From NCBI GenBank assembly GCA_037969665.1, contig JBBKXV010000268.1:1-43047 (forward strand): DNA of 43,047 bases, given 5' to 3'. Under the pieces are notes generated by a model, which saw only the letters and a list, made by a program, of their open reading frames with translations, was not told the origin of the DNA and did no database searches. Each line of letters opens with the position of its first letter. Positions within the stretch are counted from its first letter, which is position 1. The translations under genes and the position numbers were made by a program. Source of the DNA: Candidatus Altimarinota bacterium (GTDB lineage: Bacteria > Patescibacteriota > Gracilibacteria > 1-14-2-50-48-13). This document shows, in pieces, positions 16,221 to 24,808 of this stretch.

Positions 16221-19200
16221 ATGGCTACGCAGAATACAGTAAATAATGTAGGCGGCGGCGGTGGAGGTCTTGTGGATAGTGTTTTTTCACGTATTGGAGA
16301 TGTTGTTGCGCAGTCTGGTGACTACGTAGCATCTGATATAACGAATACTCCCGCTGGAACCATTGCTAGTACGAATGTTCAATCTGCTCTTAACGAACTA
16401 GACACAGAAAAACAAGCGAGTAGTACTGCATTAACAAGTCTTGCAGCTATTACTGACCCAGGTGAAGACGCAATGATTTACTGGAACGATACAACAAACG
16501 CGTATGAAACGCTTCAAGTTGGTACAAACTTAGCCATTACAGCTGGTGTGTTAGATGCAACTGGTGGTGGTGGAGGAACAGGTGATGTCGTTGGGCCAGC
16601 AAGTTCCACAGATAACGCACTTGCTCGTTTTGACACCACTACTGGGAAACTTATACAAAATAGTACAATCACTGTTGATGATGGTGGTAATGTAACAATG
16701 CCAGCAGCCACAACACTTAACATCGGTAATGGTGGTATTATCTCTCTTCAAGGAGGGACATCAGCACCAGAACTTCGTCTTGCAAGTGAAACAGGTGGGA
16801 ATTCTTTACGAATAAGTCACACTGGGGCTGGTGGCGCTGTTATTGAAAATTTGTCTATTGGTTTTGGTGAATCAATAGGAACATTTTCTCGTAGTTTAAC
16901 TATTTCAGGCAACTCAACACTTTCAGGCACAAACACAGGTAATCAGACTATTACCTTAACAGGCGACGTCACAGGAACAGGAACAGGTTCTTTTGCAGCA
17001 ACAATAGCAAGTGATGCTGTTACATATGCAAAGATGCAGAATGTGCTTGCCAATGGAGTACTTGGTCGTGCTGCTGCAACAGATGGAGACGCTGCTCCTA
17101 TTGTGCTTTCAGCTAGCCAGCTTTTTGGTAGAGGATCCACAGGGGATTTAGCACCTATTACTATAGGGGCAAACCTTTCCATGACAGGCACTACGTTGAG
17201 TGCTTCGGGTGGCGGTGGCGGTGTTGTTGATTCTGTAAATGGTCAAACGGGTATTGTTGTATTAGATACGGACGACATCACAGAGGGGCTAACTAATCTT
17301 TACTACACAGACGAGCGCGCACAAGATGCCATCGGTACAATTCTTACAGACACGAGCGAAATAGATTTTACGTACAATGATGCTGCGCCAACAATAAGCG
17401 CTGCTCTTGTAGCTGGGTCTATAGACGAAACAAAACTTGATGTGTCTGTAAACGCTTCTCTTGATCTAGCGGACAGTGCTTTGCAACCAAATATTGCTAT
17501 TGTTGGAGCGACAAAGACGAAAGTAACGTACGATGCCGACGGTCTTATTACTGCTGGTGCTGATGCTACTACAGCGGATATAGCACCAAGTACCAACAGA
17601 AACTATTTGACTGATGCACAAGCAGTAGTGATTGGTAACACGAGCGGAACAAATACAGGTGATCAGACAAATATCTCAGGAAACGCTGCAACGGTTACGA
17701 CCAACGCTAACTTAACAGGGCCAATTACATCAGTAGGGAACGCTACATCTATAGCTGCTCAAACTGGTACAGGTACAACATTTGTAGTTGATACAAGCCC
17801 AACACTGGTAACCCCGACACTTGGAGTTGCAACAGCAACCACGGTTAATAAAGTAGCCATTACTGCACCTGCTACGGCGGCAACAATCACCCCTACAGAA
17901 GGCACTACTACGACGCTTTCAGGCGGTACACACTCAGGTACAAATACAGGTGATCAGAATTTAAGCACGTATGTGGTTGGGCCAGCAAGTTCTATAGACA
18001 CAAAAATTGCTCTATTCAATGGGACAACCGGGAAGCTTATTAAACAATCCACTGCTACTATTGACGGAGGAGGTAATGCACAGTTTACATCTGTCCGTAG
18101 TTCAAGTCTTAAACTGAACGACAACACACTAGCGAATGTTCTCTCGATTAGTAACATAGGTGAAATACGTACGGCAGACAGAATTTTGTCATTAGTAGTG
18201 AATGATGCTGACAGATCTATTAACTTAGGTGGAAATATAACACTTGCTGGTGGTTTCACCACATCAGGTGCAAACGCTCTCACACTCACAACTACCGCGG
18301 CAACAAACGTAACTTTACCAACGACAGGTACACTTATAACAGCTTCTAGTACAAACACACTTACTGCTAAGAGTATTGATGTTGATAATAATACCGTCAC
18401 AAACATAGAGACTGACAACTTCAAAACAGGGGTAATTGACACAGATGTAACACTTGCAGCTAATTCTGATACAAAGATTGCTACACAAAAAGCCGTTAAA
18501 GCATACGCTGATGGGCTATTGGCCGCTAATGATGCTATGACCTATAAAGGAGCTATAGATGCTTCTACTAACCCAAACTACCCCGCTGGTGATGCAGGTG
18601 ATACCTACAGAATATCAGTAGCAGGAAAGATTGGAGGAGTTTCAGGAACAAACGTTGAAGCTGGTGATATGGCTGTATGTATTGTGGATGGGTCTGCTGC
18701 TGGCGATCAAGCGACTGTTGGTGCTAACTGGAATATCTTAGAGAGGAACCTAGACGGTGCTGTTATTGGGCCTGCCAGTGCAGTAGATTCTAACCTAGTT
18801 TCTTTTGACTCTACTACAGGGAAACTTGTAAAGGACTCAGGAGTCGCTACATCTTCTCTTATCTCCGCATCATCTACAACAACATTCACTAATAAGACAT
18901 TCGATGCAGACGGTACAGGAAATAGTTTAACAAATGTAGAAGACGCTAATATTAAAACAGGTGCAGCAATAGACGCTTCGAAGATAGCCAATGGGTCAGT
19001 AAGCAATGCAGAGTTTCAGTACCTAGACGGGGTAACTTCCGCTATTCAAACACAGTTAAACGCTAAGGGTGTTGGTGATGTGGTTGGGCCTGCAAGTGCT
19101 ACAGATAACGCTATAGCACGTTTTGATGCTACCACTGGAAAACTTATACAAAATAGTACAGTCACTATTGATGATAGCGGCAATATATCTGCTCCTGGTT

Positions 19201-19880
19201 CTTTCACTCTTGGTGGTGGATTTGACCCTACAAGTGTACTTTCTTACAGTAGTGCCACAGTAGCGACTAACACACTAAGTGGGTTTAGTGGTACTATAAA
19301 CTATAATATTCTTCCAAAAGGTACAGGAAGACTGCAAGTTAATGGAGCTGATGTTCCGACAGTAAGTAGTTCTGATACATTTATTAATAAGACACATACT
19401 AGTGCTGTTCTCAATACAGGAATTTCAGGAACGGCAATTGCAAGTAGTGCTAATATTACTACAGGAACATCTAATACGCTTATCATAACTCCAGATGGTT
19501 TAGCAGGGTCTGATACATTTGGGCGTAAGGGTGTCACTATGCAAGTCACAAGCGGCGCTGTTGCTGTAGGTGATGGAGCTGCATACTTCACTATCCCAGT
19601 AGCAATGACTGGTATGAATCTTGTAAGAGCGCAAGCAACTGTAGCAACAGTAGGTACAACAGGATCGACTACTGTTATGATACATAACCTCACCGACGCA
19701 GCTAATATGCTGTCAGGAGCTATTTCTATAGCATCAGGAAGTAGAGTTGGAACAGTGGGTACAATCAATGTTGCTACTGACGATGTCGCAACAAATGATA
19801 TAATACGTATAGATGTAGATTCTGTTAGCACTACAGCTCCTCTTGTACTTATGGTTCAGCTTGAGTTCCAACTTCCCTAA
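16221..19880 (+). CDS. Tail fibre protein (1219 aa), modular and repeat-containing
   Basis: Four copies of the GPAS-x-x-D-x-x-(A/V)-x-F-(D/N)-x-TTGKL motif, two GGGGG-x-VDSV motifs, the SVNGQTGIVVL motif and three GTNTG(D/N)Q motifs. All are common in phage fibres. Confidence 0.85.
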   Translation: MATQNTVNNVGGGGGGLVDSVFSRIGDVVAQSGDYVASDITNTPAGTIASTNVQSALNELDTEKQASSTALTSLAAITDPGEDAMIYWNDTTNAYETLQVGTNLAITAGVLDATGGGGGTGDVVGPASSTDNALARFDTTTGKLIQNSTITVDDGGNVTMPAATTLNIGNGGIISLQGGTSAPELRLASETGGNSLRISHTGAGGAVIENLSIGFGESIGTFSRSLTISGNSTLSGTNTGNQTITLTGDVTGTGTGSFAATIASDAVTYAKMQNVLANGVLGRAAATDGDAAPIVLSASQLFGRGSTGDLAPITIGANLSMTGTTLSASGGGGGVVDSVNGQTGIVVLDTDDITEGLTNLYYTDERAQDAIGTILTDTSEIDFTYNDAAPTISAALVAGSIDETKLDVSVNASLDLADSALQPNIAIVGATKTKVTYDADGLITAGADATTADIAPSTNRNYLTDAQAVVIGNTSGTNTGDQTNISGNAATVTTNANLTGPITSVGNATSIAAQTGTGTTFVVDTSPTLVTPTLGVATATTVNKVAITAPATAATITPTEGTTTTLSGGTHSGTNTGDQNLSTYVVGPASSIDTKIALFNGTTGKLIKQSTATIDGGGNAQFTSVRSSSLKLNDNTLANVLSISNIGEIRTADRILSLVVNDADRSINLGGNITLAGGFTTSGANALTLTTTAATNVTLPTTGTLITASSTNTLTAKSIDVDNNTVTNIETDNFKTGVIDTDVTLAANSDTKIATQKAVKAYADGLLAANDAMTYKGAIDASTNPNYPAGDAGDTYRISVAGKIGGVSGTNVEAGDMAVCIVDGSAAGDQATVGANWNILERNLDGAVIGPASAVDSNLVSFDSTTGKLVKDSGVATSSLISASSTTTFTNKTFDADGTGNSLTNVEDANIKTGAAIDASKIANGSVSNAEFQYLDGVTSAIQTQLNAKGVGDVVGPASATDNAIARFDATTGKLIQNSTVTIDDSGNISAPGSFTLGGGFDPTSVLSYSSATVATNTLSGFSGTINYNILPKGTGRLQVNGADVPTVSSSDTFINKTHTSAVLNTGISGTAIASSANITTGTSNTLIITPDGLAGSDTFGRKGVTMQVTSGAVAVGDGAAYFTIPVAMTGMNLVRAQATVATVGTTGSTTVMIHNLTDAANMLSGAISIASGSRVGTVGTINVATDDVATNDIIRIDVDSVSTTAPLVLMVQLEFQLP

Positions 19881-19889
19881 CATAGAGAT

Positions 19890-20552
19890 ATGAAATTGAA
19901 CACATCAACAGATAGCGCAGTAGCTTTAATAAAGAACTCCAGCATTTTGAGTGCTGCAGATATGGACTGTATTGAAGAGATGGCAGGTGAGTTACTTGAT
20001 AATTTTACTCATACGCAGATATTCAGGACACGCACAGAGATGGAAGTTTCAGTACTAAACGATATGAAACACCCAACTGCAGATAGTAAGTACTGGCAGG
20101 CTATGCGTGAACAGAGTGTTATGTACAATGAACTAGTAACTCTTTCCTATGAGTATAGAAAAGAGTGTATAGAGGTAAGGAAAATAGAAAGGGATATGAA
20201 AAGTGAGACTGATGATCTTGAAAAAGAGTTATACCAAGTAGAGAAGGAACAAAAAGAGTTCTCGTTGAAAAACATGGAGAGAGTGGCAAAAGATAGAATC
20301 CGTGAGCTCAAGAACTGGCATGAGATAAAGGAAGCTCTTTACCCTCATATGAAATACGGAACTGAAGATGTTAACGAGCACCAACTTACGAGTTACGCAA
20401 AGAGATTTACGAACCAACGTGTAGCTATGGGAAGCTCTGGTAGTCCTTCAGAAAGGCAAAACCTTCTAGGTCAACTGGAGACTGCTAAAGTAGCATTAGC
20501 TAAAGGTGGGGAGCAAGAGCTTCTTGATGAAATAAACTCTGTAACAAAATAG
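19890..20552 (+). CDS. Hypothetical coiled-coil protein (220 aa) within the tail module
   Basis: ATG ORF with a charged, heptad-like centre. No motif recognised with certainty. Confidence 0.6.
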   Translation: MKLNTSTDSAVALIKNSSILSAADMDCIEEMAGELLDNFTHTQIFRTRTEMEVSVLNDMKHPTADSKYWQAMREQSVMYNELVTLSYEYRKECIEVRKIERDMKSETDDLEKELYQVEKEQKEFSLKNMERVAKDRIRELKNWHEIKEALYPHMKYGTEDVNEHQLTSYAKRFTNQRVAMGSSGSPSERQNLLGQLETAKVALAKGGEQELLDEINSVTK

Positions 20553-20553
20553 T

Positions 20554-21390
20554 ATGGGTACTTGGAACGCTGAAGGAAACCTCACAACAGGAAGATATAG
20601 TAATGGTTCTGCGGGGTCTAGTATTGCCGATGCTTTTACGTGGGGAGGTAATAACGCTGGTGTTTTATCAAGCTCAGAGGAGTATAACGGCACATCATGG
20701 GCCGCTGGTGGTTCTATGGGTGCAGGAAGGGAGTATGTCGCTGGGTGTGGTACACAAAGTGCTGCTCTTTCTACCGCAGGACAAAACGGCACACCACAAA
20801 GCAATAGTGAAGAGTATAACGGCACCTCATGGTCTGCTGGGGGTGCACTTGGTTCATCAAGATGGGGAAATGCTAATTTTGGAACACAGACTTCTGGAGC
20901 TACATGTGGTGGATACAATGGGTCTAGTGTTATCACCACTACGGATGAGTACAATGGAACATCGTGGTCTGCTGGAGGAAGTTTGAGTGTTGCCCGATAT
21001 AGATTTGGAGCATGTGGCACACAAACAGCAGGGTTAGTTACTCCTGGATGGAGTGCTTCATTTGGTACTATGAATTCTACTGAGGAGTACAATGGAACAT
21101 CGTGGAGTAGTGGTGGATCATTCCCTATAACTTCTGATAGTACAGCAGCTTTTGGTTCGCAGACTGATGGTGTAGGATTTGGCCCTCGGTCGAGTACGAC
21201 TAAAGCATACTCGTACGATGGCTCTACATGGACTGCTATTACAGACATGAATACTGGAAGGTATGATTCAGCAGGAGCAGGTTCAGATAGTGCTGGTATC
21301 GCTATATCAGGTGTATCAGCTGGCACGTCAACAGAAAGTTATGACAGTACACCACCAGTAGTATTCACACCTTTAATTTTTTTCTTTTAG
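20554..21390 (+). CDS. Kelch-like six-blade beta-propeller protein (278 aa)
   Basis: About six repeats of ~46 aa, each built around (E/D)EYNGTSW-x-xGG. Confidence 0.75.
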   Translation: MGTWNAEGNLTTGRYSNGSAGSSIADAFTWGGNNAGVLSSSEEYNGTSWAAGGSMGAGREYVAGCGTQSAALSTAGQNGTPQSNSEEYNGTSWSAGGALGSSRWGNANFGTQTSGATCGGYNGSSVITTTDEYNGTSWSAGGSLSVARYRFGACGTQTAGLVTPGWSASFGTMNSTEEYNGTSWSSGGSFPITSDSTAAFGSQTDGVGFGPRSSTTKAYSYDGSTWTAITDMNTGRYDSAGAGSDSAGIAISGVSAGTSTESYDSTPPVVFTPLIFFF

Positions 21391-21393
21391 ACT

Positions 21394-22989
21394 ATGTCAA
21401 AAGACGCAGATAACAGAAGATTTATAGATATCACTACATTTACTGGTCTTAACACATTAGACGAGCCACAGAATATTGATATTTCAGAATCTCCCGAAAT
21501 GGTGAATATGAATATTACAAAAAATGGCTCTATTATTAGTCGTTTTGGATACGAAGAGGTGTGTACACTGCCTGGTTCTGGAGGAGTCCATGGTATACAG
21601 CCAGTATATTTTCAAATTGAAACACTCGATGAAGATCGTTTAGCTATATTCCATGGTGGTAAGTTGTACTACATCACAAACACTAATTCGGCCCCTATAG
21701 AGGTCGGTAATTATGGTGCTGACAAAGACTCTATGGGATCAACTGTTTTCATGGATAACCTTATCTTTGGTAATTCTGCTTCTGGGAATAGACCGAAAAG
21801 ATGGGATGGAACAACACTCACTGACTTAAATATATCAGCACCAAATGCAAGTATATGGACAGTCTTTCAGAGTAAGCTTATTGCTTCTGGTACAGTGGAT
21901 AACCCTAGTAGTGTATTTTACAGCGAAACAGATACAATCGACACTGACCTTGGGACAAGTACATTTAGTGTAAGGAATGGAGATGGAACTATCATTACTG
22001 ACATATCACCAAATAACGACGTTTGCCAGATCTTTAAAGAGAACAGCATACATGCTGCAAACATCACTCTTGATGAGGTTAATGCGTACGTTATATTCCA
22101 ACAGATACCAGTAGAAAGTGCTAATGGTGGGGCGTATGGTCGAAACACTGTACAGCCTATACTAGGATACAACTACTACCTATCAAAGTATGGAGTAGAT
22201 ACTTATGGGTCGACTGGTGAAAAATTGAATGGAAATCTACCACTCCCTTTGAGTTATAAAATCTCTCCAACGATTGATGGTATTAACTTTGCATCAGGAA
22301 GAACATTTACGTCTGCAATGTTTGATAGCAAGTATATTCTTGGAGTGCCTCTTGGTGCATCAACAAGCAATAATACAGCGTTAGTATACGATGAGCGTGT
22401 TAAGAGACGGTTTGGCGCAGACAACTGGGTTCCATGGGAAATACCTACACTAGGGCAGCTTGCTATTTTTCGGGATGGGAATAAACGTGATCAGTTATAC
22501 TTTGGCTCTAATACAGAACCAGTAGTCTACCGTTTTAATACAACGTTTTCTGATAATGGTGTTGGATACACACGTTCATGGAGAAGTAAGACGTTTCGTT
22601 TTGGTGAGCGTACCGTATGGGACTACATTGATGTAGAAGGAGCAAAACCAAGAGGAGTTGATATTAACATATTTATGACGGTTGATGGTGCTGAAGAGGA
22701 ACTTGATTCTATCACTGATGATAATTTCATCTCACAAGGTAGTGGATTCGGATACCTTGGTGACTCGTACTATGGAGACGTGTATACTGGAGCATCTTTT
22801 TCTACAACAGAAGCAATCCCTCTTTATAGATTTAAAAAACGTATTGCAGTACCGCCTTCTCTCTCAGAGGGCTATGAAATGAACTTTAAACTGACAAATA
22901 ACGTTAATGGTGGTGGTTGGAAATTGACACGGGCGAAACTTTCTTACATCATTGATCCAGATGATCCTTCTTACAAATACACGAACTAA
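21394..22989 (+). CDS. Tail structural protein (531 aa), possibly tail tubular or nozzle-like
   Basis: Long ORF in the tail module with beta-rich sequence. The specific role is not supported beyond position. Confidence 0.6.
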   Translation: MSKDADNRRFIDITTFTGLNTLDEPQNIDISESPEMVNMNITKNGSIISRFGYEEVCTLPGSGGVHGIQPVYFQIETLDEDRLAIFHGGKLYYITNTNSAPIEVGNYGADKDSMGSTVFMDNLIFGNSASGNRPKRWDGTTLTDLNISAPNASIWTVFQSKLIASGTVDNPSSVFYSETDTIDTDLGTSTFSVRNGDGTIITDISPNNDVCQIFKENSIHAANITLDEVNAYVIFQQIPVESANGGAYGRNTVQPILGYNYYLSKYGVDTYGSTGEKLNGNLPLPLSYKISPTIDGINFASGRTFTSAMFDSKYILGVPLGASTSNNTALVYDERVKRRFGADNWVPWEIPTLGQLAIFRDGNKRDQLYFGSNTEPVVYRFNTTFSDNGVGYTRSWRSKTFRFGERTVWDYIDVEGAKPRGVDINIFMTVDGAEEELDSITDDNFISQGSGFGYLGDSYYGDVYTGASFSTTEAIPLYRFKKRIAVPPSLSEGYEMNFKLTNNVNGGGWKLTRAKLSYIIDPDDPSYKYTN

Positions 22990-24806
22990 TGGCTTTACCT
23001 ACAACACTCCAACAGACAGAGAGTAATCTTATTGGATACCTCACTACTGGAGTTACTACAACAGGCACTACTCTTTCTGTTAGATTCTTTGACAGAGTCA
23101 CAGGGGTTGCTCGTGCACCACAGGCAACTACTCGTCTTTTTGTCGTTGATAAAGGTTCTCCTGCACAACCACTTGAAAACTACGAGATTGTATACGCAGC
23201 TGACGCACCTTCTACTACAGGTGATACCACGACATTAACTGGAGTTGTTCGAGGCATTAGTTTCTTTGGGAACTCTCTTACAGCGGGCACAGGAAAAACA
23301 CATTCTGCAAATGCAGAAATAGGAACAGTTGATCTTCATTACTTTGTGAACTCGATTGTTACAACACTTCAAGGAACTGGAGACCAGCCTCGTTTAAAAT
23401 ATTACGATACATTAGCTACTCGTGACGCGGATGTTGCTGCGCCACTAGAAGGAGACTACTGTTACGTCACTGGAGTAAATCGCTTATACGTCTTTAATGG
23501 GTCTTTATGGACTGTGCCACCTATATACGTCTACGCAGATGCAACTGCACGTGATGCAGAACTTACAGCTCCTGAATTAGGGATGCTCGTATACTTAGTA
23601 GATACTGGTATTTTCTATGGGTACGGCAGCTCTGGATGGAGTGATTTTGCAAATGGTGCAGTACCAAATGGATCTGAAACGGTCTCTGGTAAATTTCAAG
23701 CTGGTACTATCGCTAATATGGTAGCCCACGATGAGTTTGGGTCTACTGGTGCAATTACAGTTGTACAAACAAAAAACACCGTTACTGCTAGTGCAGGTGA
23801 TGCTGATGAAGGAAAAGCTGTACTGTTAAATTCTTTTGGCAAGATTGATTATACACTTCCTACTGGCTACTCTACTGGTGGAGATGGGTCTGATGGAGAT
23901 CATACAGGAGCACTGACTATTGCAGGAGCTGACAACTCTATTATTGTAAAGAATTTTATTAACTTTACACCTGGAGCAAACACAGTCACCACATCAGCAC
24001 AAAATAGTTACATATATATAAAAGTACAAGGCGATGCTGATTTAACGGGTTCAACGCTCAACTTTTCTGGGAAAGGCGCATTAGGAGGAGTTGGTGGGAA
24101 TGGAGCAAGCACTGGATCATTCACACCTGCTCAACCTGGAGTTGTTGGGTCTCCAGTTAGACATATGATGAACTTAGGCGGTGGAGGAACAGGAGGTGCT
24201 ATCGCTAAAGCTATTGTAAATGGACAAGCAACATCTCCTACATTTCAGTCTACTATTGAAGATTTTATAAAAGCAAATAGATCATTAAATGTTTATACGG
24301 GAGCTGGCGGCGGTGGTGCAGCTGGTGGTGGAGCAGATGGAGGTTTTGGATCTTCAACAGGCGGTGGCGGCGGTAGAGGAGGTGCAGGAGGAGGTTGTCT
24401 CATATTAGAAGTAGCAGGAAATATTATTTTGAATGGTACAACTATCAATGTTTCTGGTGCAGTTGGTACTATAGGAGCCAATGGATCAGCTGTAACGTGG
24501 ACAACTACTGGCGGCGGCGGTGGAGGCGGTGGTGCTGGTGGATTTGGTTTGATTATGTATAATGGGACACTTACTGATACAAGTAAAACACTAACTTTAA
24601 CTGGAGGAGCTGGAGGTATTGGAGGCTCGGCAGGAGGTACAGGATCTGGAGGTGGAGCTACTGGAGGAGGAGGTGGTTCTGGTGGGTCAAATCCATATGC
24701 CACAGGAACAAGTTCAGTTTTACAAGCAGGTGTTGCTAAAGGAGACAACGGAGGAACTGGAGCAAGTGGGAATATTATTATAGTCAAAAACACTTTTTTT
24801 AGCTAA
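22989..24806 (+). CDS. Tail fibre or spike protein with a glycine-rich C-terminal domain (605 aa)
   Basis: Two A-x-RDA...P-x-(E/L)G...Y...G(S)-x-W fibre-type motifs. The C-terminal ~170 aa is dominated by GGxGG runs separated by short beta-like segments. Confidence 0.7.
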   Translation: MALPTTLQQTESNLIGYLTTGVTTTGTTLSVRFFDRVTGVARAPQATTRLFVVDKGSPAQPLENYEIVYAADAPSTTGDTTTLTGVVRGISFFGNSLTAGTGKTHSANAEIGTVDLHYFVNSIVTTLQGTGDQPRLKYYDTLATRDADVAAPLEGDYCYVTGVNRLYVFNGSLWTVPPIYVYADATARDAELTAPELGMLVYLVDTGIFYGYGSSGWSDFANGAVPNGSETVSGKFQAGTIANMVAHDEFGSTGAITVVQTKNTVTASAGDADEGKAVLLNSFGKIDYTLPTGYSTGGDGSDGDHTGALTIAGADNSIIVKNFINFTPGANTVTTSAQNSYIYIKVQGDADLTGSTLNFSGKGALGGVGGNGASTGSFTPAQPGVVGSPVRHMMNLGGGGTGGAIAKAIVNGQATSPTFQSTIEDFIKANRSLNVYTGAGGGGAAGGGADGGFGSSTGGGGGRGGAGGGCLILEVAGNIILNGTTINVSGAVGTIGANGSAVTWTTTGGGGGGGGAGGFGLIMYNGTLTDTSKTLTLTGGAGGIGGSAGGTGSGGGATGGGGGSGGSNPYATGTSSVLQAGVAKGDNGGTGASGNIIIVKNTFFS

Positions 24807-24808
24807 AC

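Noticed and set aside
16514-19831. Multiple 60-176-aa antisense ORFs inside the tail fibre gene
   Set aside because: The Thr/Ala/Gly/Val-rich sense codons keep the antisense frames open. There are no independent start contexts, and the composition is a mirror image of the sense gene.
20496-21326. 276-aa antisense ORF with a repeating HDVPLYSS motif
   Set aside because: It is the reverse-complement shadow of the EEYNGTSW Kelch-like repeats. The P/A/V/L-rich periodicity mirrors the sense gene.
24293-24793. 166-aa proline-rich antisense ORF
   Set aside because: It is a shadow of the GGN glycine-run region (GGN read in reverse gives NCC, which encodes Pro).
16221-24806. Diversity-generating retroelement targeting the fibre genes
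   Set aside because: There is no reverse transcriptase ORF and no template-repeat or variable-repeat pair. The repeats present are in-frame structural motifs.
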